DNA from: Isurus oxyrinchus
Taxonomy: Eukaryota
DNA: 64,000 bases
Direction of reading: 5' to 3'
Assembly (NCBI GenBank): GCA_026770705.1
Contig: JANJGN010000056.1
Span: 868,001 to 932,000, forward strand
Under the pieces are notes generated by a model that saw nothing but the letters and a program-made list of their open reading frames with translations, was not told the DNA's origin and made no database searches. Both the position numbers and the translations under genes were made by a program. Below, piece by piece: positions 36,051 to 47,900 of the stretch. Position 1 is the first letter of the stretch. Every line of letters starts with the position of its first letter.

Positions 36051-39000
36051 CCTCTACTCTTTCAACAAACATCGTAAATATGTGTCCGCTCGTCACTGAC
36101 CTCTCTGTTCATGCAAATAGACGCTTGCACATACTTTATCCTGGCTCCCCACAGTTTTGTGCATCTCAATTAAATCTCACCAAGTCTCCTCAGTTTCAAG
36201 GAGATGAAGCCCTAGCCGATCCAATCTTTCCTCAAAGCTTTAATTTTCCAGTACTAGCAACATCTTTGGAAATATCTTCTCTACCCTTTTTAATGCAATT
36301 GCATCCTTTCTGTAATATGGCGACATGCCCTGTGCACAGCATTAAGGTTAACTTCTAAGTAATGTTTTAGATAAGTTCCAGCGAAACCTCCGTACTCTTA
36401 TATTATGTGTCTCGTTTAAAAAACATAGAAGCATTCCAGATGGCTTCTCAGCCGCCTCACCAACTTTTCCTGCTGCCTTCAGGCATAAGTGGGCTATCCC
36501 TTTAAGATCCAGAATCCTCAAAACATCTTATTATCATTCCAATAATTGCACAATGATTTCCTTTGTTTGGCCTTATTAAATGCATCGCCTCACAGTTCTG
36601 TGGGTTCAATTCCACTTGAAACATTTCTGTCCACCTGACCAGTCCGTGAATACCTTGCTGAAATCTACAGAATTCCTTCTCGCTATCAATCGCTCGGTCA
36701 ATTTTTTTGAGGCCTACAACTTATTTCTCAGTCCCGCGACATTTGTAACTAAAACCATTAATAAACGTCATACAAAGCAGAGTCACAACTGCTAGGTCCA
36801 GATGAAGCTCAGTGGGAACGGCCCTCGAGTCACAAAAGTAGCTGTCATCAATTATTCTTTGTTTTCACTGGATTTTTTTTTTATATCCAGCTGTTTATAT
36901 TGTCCTGGAACACATGGGCTTCCATAGATTTTAACCAGTCAGCCATGTGGGATTTCGTCAAAGAAACTTGTTCCAACATATTATTAATCCAATCAACCAT
37001 AGTCACTAACATCAAGTTCTCCAATCTATTCGTAGAACATGTAATAATTATTTGTATACATTTTAATATTATTATTATATTCATATTTCTAAATCTGGCT
37101 GATATTGCTTGAAATTACAACTCAACGCTTTCCTAACGCGGGGTATCTAAACATTTCAAGACTTTGGTCGCATATTTTCATCCAATTTTCTCCAAAGTTA
37201 GTTGAGCTGTAGAACGCACATAGCGTTACTGAAACGGTCTATGTTCCTCCCTTCGTCGAGCAGCCTGTTTGCCAGACGGAAATACCGTTTGCAGCAAGAA
37301 CCGTTTGCTGCCTATTATTTTAATGCTGAAGAAACATTTAGAAACTGACTGAATCGCCTCAGTTACAGAGACAGGCTGTGGAAAATAAGGGTGGGTGGAG
37401 GGGGAGGGGAAGCAGAGAAGATGACCAGAGCGAAACATATTGAACTCATGCACTCATCAGGGCATGTGCTAATGATGCCGGGTTAGGTTATTTTGTTAAC
37501 AAAGGTTGAGGCCCCATTTATTTTACTTGTATATCGTCATTTTTTGTCAAACGTTGAACTCTCCATGTAAACTTTCATCCCACCAGCATCAACATATTTG
37601 ATTAAAAGGTTTCTGATTAAATTCAACTACCGAGCAATCTGTTGCTTTCTGTGGAGAAAATTCCAGATTCCCAACGCTTTTCAGTGAAGAAATTTGTTCA
37701 CATCTTACTGATAAATGTCTGACCCTTGCCGCGATTTTCCTGGGTTTAGATTATCCATTTACGTTCAATAATCAGCGACAGATGCATATCCCAGTAACAA
37801 AACGAGTTCAGGATTGGAAGTGGGTGAGGTGTTGAGGCGGGTCGGTGGCAGAGGTTAAAAGCAAAAGGAAGTTTTTTGCCGACAAAAAGACAAAAGAAGG
37901 TCAGATAAAGGAATAGATATTTTTGATTTTCATCACCTTCTCCTTTATTGTCATTTTACTGACGACAGGCAATTGGCTTCCAATTTAATTTCGCGCTGTT
38001 TCATGCAAGCGTCCTCGTTCCTTATTCCTGTTTGGGTAAACCAAAGCCCCTGTGCATTTCTATATTCAGGCGTTTCAAAACTTGAACATTCATCTGTTTA
38101 CTGACTTTACTAATAATATTTAAAAACTCTTACTTTTTAATATCAGACTGCATCTGACTCCTTGTTTCCCCCTTTATTTAAAATGTGCAGTCTATTTGCA
38201 GTCTATTTCTTTTCTCCTTATAGTTGACATTTCTTTCCATCTGTGGACGCTTTCCAGATATAAATACATTAGTCTCCATCAGCTGATCGTTAATACCGGT
38301 TGGGAATGGCAGAGTCTCAAGCAGTAATCCCTCTGGCTCATCCCGAGTTCCAACCTGACAAGTTGAAAATACCCCACCTGTTCCATCTCCCTGCTGCTTC
38401 CCTATTCCAATTTCTCCATTAATAATATCCTGACTACTTCAACTCTGCTCTTGTGTGTTACGATTTCGCGTGTCACAACACGGTCCAGACAGCTTCATGT
38501 AGAGAATGACAGGCTTTGATAGGATTAGGTAAAAAGAGAGAGAAGGTTAAAGGCCGAATCTCACTGCAGACATGTGGTCATATGAACTTCAATTCTTGAG
38601 AAGCGAAGGCTACTTGTTCCTTGCAGCTTACTTTCCCATTCACATTCAACATGCCTGATCATTTAACTTCGCTCCAACTGTAATAAAAAATCCCAACACC
38701 TTTAATCCAGTTTGTACCAAAAACGTCTATCATTTTTATATTGTAAAAACTCAACGTCCGAGCATCAGTAGCTCTCTGTGGTTGAGAATGTCAAAGATTC
38801 GCAACCTTTTAACTGAAGAAATTTTATATCTGTTGCACCTACATTGCTGTCAGTTATTCTGCGACTACAAATTCTCAATTATCCAGCCAGCAGATGAATT
38901 CGTGCAAGATCACATTTTGTAAAATGATTTTGGGAGAGATGGTTGATTAGACGTGGAGGCAGATCTGAGGGGGAGGTTAAGCACAATCAGTCAAAATCCT

Positions 39001-39099
39001 CCTGATTAATGCAAAATCATTTCGGAACAAATATCACTGTCGCATCTGGCACATCCAGAGAAGCTGATTTTAAAAAGTGGTTTGAAAGCTGATTTTTTT

Positions 39100-40260
39100 A
39101 TGTTAAATATGGTTTGTGTGCGTGCTCCACTACTAAAAAGTGTTTAACCAAGGGCTTAACTAAGAGGAGAGAAGCGCGGCAGTATTCGGGAGTTGAGAAG
39201 AAGCACGAGAGGAGCTGGGAGTTGAAGAGAAGCCCGAGAGGAGTCGTGGGTTGTAAAAGAGTTGGGAGAGCAGTAGCGACTAATGGATTTCAGCGACGAG
39301 GGAACGAGATCTTGTGTGAGTATGGTAAGGGCAACGATTCGCTTCTTTTAAAGCATATACTTATTGAAGTTTTATTTTTTTGCTCATCGATTGTCAGGGT
39401 TTTACTCTATAACAAAGAGGAGACTTAAATTAATTGATTTTATGTGATATTAAATATATTCCTAAAGGTTTAATTTAAATTAAGTGGGTAAGTCTGGCAG
39501 GAGGGCTCAAAGCCATGGTGTGTTCCTCCTGCTCTCTGTGGGCAGCCTGGAACACTTCCAGTGCCTGGGTCCAGCATGTGTGCACAAAGTGTCGCCCGCT
39601 GCATATATTAGAAGCCCGGGTTTCGCAGCTGGAGCGGCGTGTAGGGACACTGTGGTGCATCCATGAGGCGCAGAGTATCTTGGATGGCACGTGGTCACAC
39701 CACAGGATTAGAGTCCTCAGACAGGAAGGGAAGGGGTAACCACCAGTCAGAGCAAGAAGACTAGACAGAGATTGCAGGATCTCCCGTGGCTATTCCACTG
39801 AAAAACAGATATGCTGCTATGGAAACATTTGGAGGTAGTGGCCTCTCAGGGGAATGCAACAGCAGTCAAAGCCGTTGCCCCACGGCTGGTTTTGTTGCCC
39901 AGGGGATGAGTGAACATTATAGGGATGAACTTGTAAAAGGTGATTCAATTGTAAGGGGAATAGATAGACGTTTATGTGGTTGCAAACGAGGCTCTAGGAT
40001 GCTATGTAGCCTCCCTGATGCTGGGGTGAAGGATGTCTCAGAGCGGCTAAAAGACATCCTGAAGGGAGAGGGTGAACATACATTGGCCGTGGTACTCGTT
40101 CTTACAAACGACATAGGTCAATGCCGGGATTAGCTTCTAATAGCAGGATGCAAGGAGTTAGGAAGTATGTTGAAAAGTAGGACCTCAAATGATTGATCTC
40201 AGGATTACTACTTTTGTCACGTGCTAGCCAGAGCAGAAATCACAGAACATGTCAGATATT
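39100..40260 (+). mobile_element. CR1 LINE 5' part: ORF1p remnant (zinc finger/leucine zipper and SGNH esterase)
   Basis: CSSC...CTKC..LHILEARVSQLERRV (39515-39739) and IPLKNRY...GDSIVRGIDRRLCG...VLTNDIG (39786-40133) match the vertebrate CR1 ORF1 architecture. Confidence 0.88.
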
Positions 40261-41583
40261 TTCCAGAGAACATTTCAAGGTCTTATCATTCTCTCGTTAT
40301 TTTCTCTGACTTTTCTTTGCTTCCAAGCAATATTGTCCCCATTTCCTTTGTCTCTGCACGTGCTAGCCATTGAATCCTAAATACGAATAGGCCGGCACAT
40401 TTGTGTCACTTAAACAGTCACCTTCAAACTTACCCAGGTAGTAATTGTCGCCCGCATTCACAGGTCACCGCAGCGCAGTCCACATCCGCCCTCAATGTGC
40501 GGTGCCAGGCCCGGTCGCCACAATTTTCCATACCTGAGGCACGGCTCTGTCTGCCATACTCTAAAATCGAAGCACATGCACCTTGGTCCCTCCATTCTAT
40601 CACATTCTTTAGGACAGTGACAGTCCATCTCTATTTCCCTTCATTACCCCTTCTGCCAAACTGTATTATTTTACATAGCAATACAATAAATTGCATCTGC
40701 TAATCCCTTGCATATTCTGCTCGTCTCTCGATTTCCGATTCGTATCATCCTCACTGGTAAACTCCCACCATGTCTCCATCACTAACACTTTTTGAGACGC
40801 TGTGCTGTAATCCAAGATTCAACTGGTCTACGTCGACCAAAAATAAAACAAACCCGGATTCCTGGGGAATGCCACCGGCTACCATCATCCAGACTAAATG
40901 AAAACGATAATAAATAGTTTCTGTTTTCTGTGCATTACCACAATTGATGCAATTGGAAAGCGACTCCTCCCCCTCCCACAATCCGCGCCTCTGTCCTTTT
41001 TAATGAGCGTAAATGTTCTTAAGCAGCCTTATCTGCGATTAGTTGTCAATTAATATCTCAAAATCCACTTTGCCATGTATTAATTCATTAATTTTCTCTG
41101 TTGTGATATCAAAATGCTAGTAGGTTATACAAGCATATTCTTATTTTAAGTCATGGTGTTACAAACCAATGACCATTCTTAATTAAACTCAACCGTCTCC
41201 AATTGCTGGCTAGACTCTTGGCAGTCAGGGCAGGTTAAATTATTCGTTTAATGCGGCAGTTGAACAGGCAGAGCAGTGATTTAGAGAGAGTGGGGAGCTG
41301 ATCACGAACAGGTGACATTTTTTTAAAAGAGAAGTAGATGAGTTGCCAGGGCAGAAAGGTAAAAGAGCGGTAGCTGAGCTGCCAGAGGAGAGTTTTAAAA
41401 AAAAGCTACAGCGAGGTATTCAAAGCAAGGATTAGACCACAGACATCAGTCCAATATTGGACGTTTCACTTTGAAGTGGTTGCTTTCACAAGGAGAGAGA
41501 CTGACGTAACCTGTTTGTTCAATGACTGAAATTGATTTATTTCTTCAGGGAACATGAATGAGCTAATGGGGATTTAACTGTTG

Positions 41584-41591
41584 TATAAATA
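41584..41591 (+). promoter_or_regulatory. Putative TATA box of GPCR copy 2
   Basis: TATAAATA about 155 nt upstream of a conserved donor-like site (gtacgt at 41740). Confidence 0.4.
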
Positions 41592-42330
41592 AGAGTTTCT
41601 CTGAACGGATCATTTCATGTTATCCAAAAGACTCAGTGTTTCTGCTTCATTTAGCGCTTCTCACAGCAAATAGCCTTTGTTGCAATTTGTCAGATACGGG
41701 ACATTTACAAACCAATTGTCGAAGTTCTCGTTGTCTAATGTACGTTTATTTTCACAAACTCAGGCTAACAATAGGAATTTCTCTTATTCTATCCATTCAT
41801 TGAATGTGGGCGAAGCTGGCGAGGCCAGCATCTATTGCCCATCCCTATTTGTCCTTGAAAAGATGGTAGTGAGATGCGTTTTTGAGCTGCTGTAGTCTGT
41901 GTTATAAGGGGGAGGTCCAGTACTTTGACACAGAGGCAGTGAAGGAACGGTGATATATTTCCAAATCCGGACGGTGAGGGGTTTGGAGAGGAGCTACTGG
42001 TGGTGGCTTTCTCATGTCTATGTTACCTTTGTCTTTCTAGGTGGTAGCAGACGTGGGTTTGGATGTTTATGTACAGGGCTTCAAGTCTGTAAAATGTAGC
42101 AGGTTTTCTCTCTTCCCTGTTACGAATGCTTTGGTGAGAGTTTTCCCCTTATATTCTGGGGTTAATTAATGTGGTTTCTCCTTCCGAGTCTCGACAGTGA
42201 TTTTGCATTGTTTATTTTAAGTTTCTGATATTAATTCAAAGGGGAAGGGTATGTTTGTAAGTTCCAGCTCACATCGTTCCATTCCATCCTTTTTTACCCA
42301 TCTCAGGAGGAAAGACTGCTTCTCATAAAA

Positions 42331-42400
42331 ATGGCAGAACTGATACTTCTCCAGATAGAAGCCATTTACTACCCGATTCTCGCAGCTGTTGGTGTACCTG
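42331..42400 (+). pseudogene. GPR139-like GPCR copy 2, coding exon 1 (MAELILLQIEAIYYPILAAVGVP+G); donor is GC
   Basis: ATG at 42331, 70 nt, homologous to 4732-4801. It is followed by gcaaga where copy 3 has gtaaga. Confidence 0.85.
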
Positions 42401-44599
42401 GCAAGAGCCTAAACACAATCAGTGGACGTATAAATGAATATTGACTTTCTTCTCAAATGGTGTTGCTGGTAACGTGAAACCGTTCCTTTTCTGTTGGAGA
42501 GTTATCAAAGTTTAGGTGTCACGTTAACTGATGTCTTACTATTGCTTCATCTTTCATGCATCGTTCTAGAGTGTTGACACCGTATTTATTCTTTGGGGAA
42601 TTTCTTGAATTTGGGTGCGCTCTGCAATAATTGTCATGACCAAGTGCAGACCGTCTTTAAACTTGGAGATAAGACGTGTCTATGAAAATCAATGCAAGGG
42701 CAAATTCGCATTCTCCAGAATTCAGCTTGAACTAATTGAAAGTGTTTGCTCACGGTTTTCCCCTGTTTTCCAATATTGCAAGCAACAGAATCCCTGTCAA
42801 ATCACGTACTTTTTAACAGCGATATTTTTACAAATCAGTGTGAAGTTATGAAATCTGGAAACTTGGCTGAATCACAATGCTGTGTGTGATTAAGACATTC
42901 CGAAGTCTTACTCACTTGTATATTGATACAAATGATTTTCAACAGCCTTTGTTCACGACCACGTTGATGGAATTACTTAAAGTAAGCGTGATTTGTGCTC
43001 TTTAAGCTTCCATAGACATAATGTTAACAATGACCGGATTGTATTATTTTGTGGATTTTAGCTGAGGTATAAATTTCGTTCAGGACACAGGGGGCTACAA
43101 CAATGTTGCTCCTCGAAAAAGTGGAATTGAATCTTTTTACGTTTTCCTCGTGAATCAATTTGACATCTTTTCTTAAAGGTTCTGCTTGTGGAAGTGCAGA
43201 ATTAATTTACTAAGACATTGGAACATTAGCCGAGAACTTTGTTCTGAAGTCCTGGCGCCGGAAGCAAATCGTTAAACATCTATCTCAGCACGGAGATTTC
43301 AACTGACTGAGCCATAAGTGGCCCGATTTTGAAACACCTACACACCCCAAGTAGTTATTTGGTTCTGAATATTCTGCTCCATTCAATTTCTCGCCCTGCA
43401 CTACCTGCTGATGTAAATCAAACTTGCAAGTATATTTGATTTGTATTGAGGATTGAAATTAGTTGGATTAAAGCATTTTCGGACTCCCCTGTCTCTTTTT
43501 GAATCTCGCATTGCTAAGTGACATGCAGGTTCTGACAAAAGAGCATAGAGGCAGAGGCAGTGGGAGCAGAAGTTAACAATTTGGCCGCTTGAGCTTGTTC
43601 AACTACTCAATTATATCATGGCTGTAAAGATGCATTCAATTCATTTCCTTGCACTATCGCATATCTCTGGACGCATTTAACATTTAGAAAATGGTACATC
43701 GCGGTGCCTTCAACATATCCAATGACTGAGGCTCTGCTGCTGTTGGGAGAGATAATTTCAAACATTCGCTGCTCTCTGAGTGAAGAAATTCCCCCTCATA
43801 TCTGCCCTAAATGCACACCTGTTACTCTGATACTGTCTTTCATGATATTAGACACAGCCCCGGGGACACATCCCTCCAACATCTGTAACATCGAACCCTG
43901 TAAGACCTCAGTGAGATCATTTCTCATTTGGCAAAGCTCCAGAAAGCATAGGGTCAGTCTCGTCAATGTCACCACATTGGAAAATCCCAGCTAACTCCCA
44001 GTAATTCAAGGACTTATCTTGTTAACAATCATTGTAGCACAGCTATAACAACAGCGCAAAAACTCACGCCAAAAGGAGAATTTGGAATGCTTGTCCTGCA
44101 CCACAACCATCACCATAATAATGCCACATGAAAATTGAGGAGTTGGAGATAGATTGAGTTTGGAATTGCAAACTAAGGTCGTGCACATCCCTGGTCTAGC
44201 ATATGGCACAAATTGCCTGATGAATGCCCACTTTTATGTTGCTGATCAGATTGAAAACTACCCCATATCGCACAAAGGTGGTGTCACATTATATGATGGA
44301 GGAACTTTCCAATGTGAAGGCCGACTACGTCTGCACAAGGAGCATGCGGTGGCCTATCCTATCATTCCTGTAATGGGCAGGTGCATATGTTGCTTGACGT
44401 TTGGTGAGGCGTGTTCATTTCGGTCTTTGCACCTTGTTGGTTCCCTGATCACCTTCCAAAGACCCAATCCAGCGGTTATATGTCTGACTCGGCCTGATCA
44501 GCCACTAGTGGTGCTACCGAACCTGTCTTGGTCATAGACGATGACAGCACCTGCATACAATAGTTTTTGTTTCTTGCCACTCACCAAAACTTCGTTTTA

Positions 44600-44910
44600 T
44601 GCCCCACAAGAGTGCATAGGTTAAGCGTGAGGTGCAGGTGTTTTAGGAGGGATGGGAGGACAGACATTTTTCCCCTGAGTTTGTTGAATGTCTCTAATGC
44701 GCTGCCTGGCAGGGTGGTAGAGACAGATTGCCACACATCCTTTAAAAAGTAACTGGATGAGCACTTGGCACATCAATACCTTCAAGGCTATGTGTCAATT
44801 TCTGGTAAATATAATTAAGTAGTCAGGACAGGTGTTTTGCACATGCCAGCACAGACTCGAAGGGCTGAAGTGCCTCTTGTGCACTGTGACTCTGTGATTC
44901 TATGATTCGT
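44600..44910 (+). mobile_element. CR1 3' fragment shared by copies 2 and 3 (61130-61435), absent from copy 1
   Basis: Ends in the tandem tail ctgtgattctatgattc in both copies. The equivalent copy 1 site (about 11480-11510) is uninterrupted. Confidence 0.7.
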
Positions 44911-47900
44911 CCATGGATGCTCATTCATTCATCATCTGAGGGGAACGGGAGGTGGTCAACATAAGGGAATATTCAGTGCCCGTGTTTTACATAATGCCAT
45001 GAGGTTGAATATAAGTTTCCCGTGCTCTTAGTGCTCTGAAAAATGGTGCTCACTGAACGGAGAGGCGTGGCCAAATGGTATTTAGGAGAGCAACAATGGA
45101 ATTGGGAGAAGCCTAAATTCCCATTTTCGATGAAGTTATTTTCCTCAGGTGTTGGTTGATGGTTTAGATGAACTTTAAAACCAGTAAGAATAGCTATTCG
45201 CGAGAGATAAACAGCTTGAATCATTAAAGCTAAGCATTAGCTGTCTAACAAGCAGCCTGCTTTGCCGTGGATTAGTTCAATATTGTTGATTGTTATTGAA
45301 GCAGAACTCATCCAGAAAACTGTTGTTTATTCCAGTAGTTTCCTGAATTGTGCATTAAAGATGGAGTGAATGTTTTGCAGAGTCAGGCGGGTACGTCCTC
45401 GCCACGGAATTCCCAGTCCTGACTTATGCTTCTAGACACAGTTTATAGTCAATGGTTTTTCCGTGGATCTTCAAAATGGAGAATTAAACGATGGTGATAC
45501 CATTAAATATCTGTGAGAAATTGTTGGACAATTTTTTTTCGTAGGTGGTCATTTCCTGTCGGTTGTGTGTCTAATATGATTTGTCAATTTTCAGCAGAAT
45601 CCTGGATATTGCCCAGGTCTTGGTAGACAAGGGCAAGATTTCTTCAGCATCTGTTGAATCGCGAATGGTTTTGAAATTTAAACAATCATCAGCGGACACT
45701 CCTGCCACTCACTCCCCTACCATAAGACTTCCTCTGGGCATATGTTGCAAAGAAGTTAATTGATGAAGCAGCTCAAGGTGGTTTGACTCAGGACACTGCC
45801 CATAGGATCTCGTGCAATGCTTTCATCAGGATGAGATGATTCACCTGAGAAACAAAACAAGAAAAAGTCTTCTTTGTGATAGGTATGACAGCAATCAATG
45901 GAGATGCTTCCCCATTATGTTTATTGACCCCAATCCTGATATATCTCCTTCTTACCACAGAATTTCAAATGTTGTCTTGATGTAAATAACATCCGCTCTC
46001 CACTCCCCGCGTGAATTCAGCAGTTTTGACCATGTTTGGTTTAAGGCCGAACCGAGAGTTGGAGCTCATACGAAGCAGAAAATGGTCATCAGTGAGCAAG
46101 TTGCTCACTAGTACATGGCGATTGAAAGCAATTACCATGACCGATTCCATCAATATGTTCATGATGAAGAATAGGGGATAAGGGGGTAATTATTGGTCCG
46201 ATTTGACGAGTTTTGTTTTTGTGGATAGACCCAGCTGTGCGACAGCTCACATTTTCGCTTAGAGGCCAGTGTTTTAGCTGTCCTATACCAGGTTGTCTAG
46301 GAAGATTTATTCGGGAGCACTGAACGCCCGGACGATTGCCGGTATCTGACAGGACCCATAGTCTCTGCATCATCCCGTTCCTTCAGTCATTCCTTTAGAT
46401 GAAGTGCAGTGAATCACATTAGCTCAAAATTGGCATCTGTGACGCTCTCATCCTCAGAAGGGGGACGGGATGTTTCACCCGCCCTTCACGTCAGTCTGAA
46501 TATGGCGGAAAGTTCTTGAGCCATGTGTATGCACTGATGTGCTGCGCTCCACAATCATTGCCGATATGGATATTGGTGGGGTGTTCACCACCCTTGATTC
46601 GTTGCTCTGTCCAACATCATTCAAGATGGCATGAGCAGAACTTCAGAGCTAAGTTAACGTTATTTGCTGGTTGGATCAATTAGCCCTGTCAATCACATTC
46701 TGCATCCATTGCTTTGCATACAAGTCGTCCTGTCTCACAATTCACCAGGCCAATGCCCCGTTTTAAGGTATGATTGCAGCAACTCCTGATATATGACAGG
46801 TGTCGGCAAAAGTCATCCTTTCGAGCAATTCACTTCGAAAGCCTGGAAGGATACGAGCAGAAGTGGCATGGGAACACTCTTATTGCAAAATCCTTTCCAA
46901 GTCACACCCCACACTGACTCCGAGACACATTAGCGTTCCCTGAATGCCAGTGGATCAAACACCTGTAAATCCATCACTCGTAACACTGTGTGTGCAACCG
47001 CATCACATGGACAGCAAGAAGAATAATATCTGCTCTCGGAAAAATGCTGATCCTACCAATGATTCCCCAAAATGAAAGTGCTGCATAATGCCGAATCTAT
47101 GAATGTTTTTGTCATTTGATATGAAAGGACGTTCCTTTATGTTTACTTTGTAGCACTAAACTAAGACAGACTGCAACATGCATGTTTTAGTTCAAATCCT
47201 TTCGCAGTAGTCTGGTTCCCAACTGAGGATGTATATCTTCAATTCGTTCCTGAATACCTAAATCTGTAGCCGAAACGATGGGCTGGACATTTCTCCCCAA
47301 ATTGCAGCTCAAACCTACACACTCACACTCCCCATCACCCCTCGCACCCACCCCGCTTACCACCCCCACTCCCCAGCATCACCCACCCCCATCGAAAACG
47401 TTGTATCTGCACAAATATCAGATACCTGCATCGAGTATAATGGTGTCGTGTACTTACTTCTCCCCAAATGCAGATTGGAGAATGGGCGGGTCAACCATTC
47501 TCAAGTTACTTATTAACAGGTTATTGAGCTTGTCAGTAAACCAATCGTATGTTGTGCTGTTTGGTGCATTGCATTTGCTGTGGCTCGGATGAGAAAAATA
47601 AGTGTTTTTGTGCAGCTATTGTGAGACGGGCAAAGAGCGGTAGGGAACTCCTGCCTCCAGGAGCATGATCGAATGTAGCAGCAGATTGTGCTGGAGAAGA
47701 TGGCTGCATCTTCAAGCTTTATTTCTCACTTTTTCGTTTCTTGCCTGAGCATTGAATGAAAAGTATTTTTCAAAAAAATGTCTGAGTATAGGTTGTTTTG
47801 AGCTTGTAGCCATAGCGACTGTCTGTTCACAGCATTACACTCTGCTGCATGACGTCCAGGCATTCACTGTCGATTGGATGCGGACACCATTTTGCATCTT

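Noticed and set aside
37229-37375. Possible additional upstream minus-strand exon (ttttccacag acceptor)
   Set aside because: The donor is ambiguous, there is no start codon, and nothing supports linking it to the 28-31 kb candidate.
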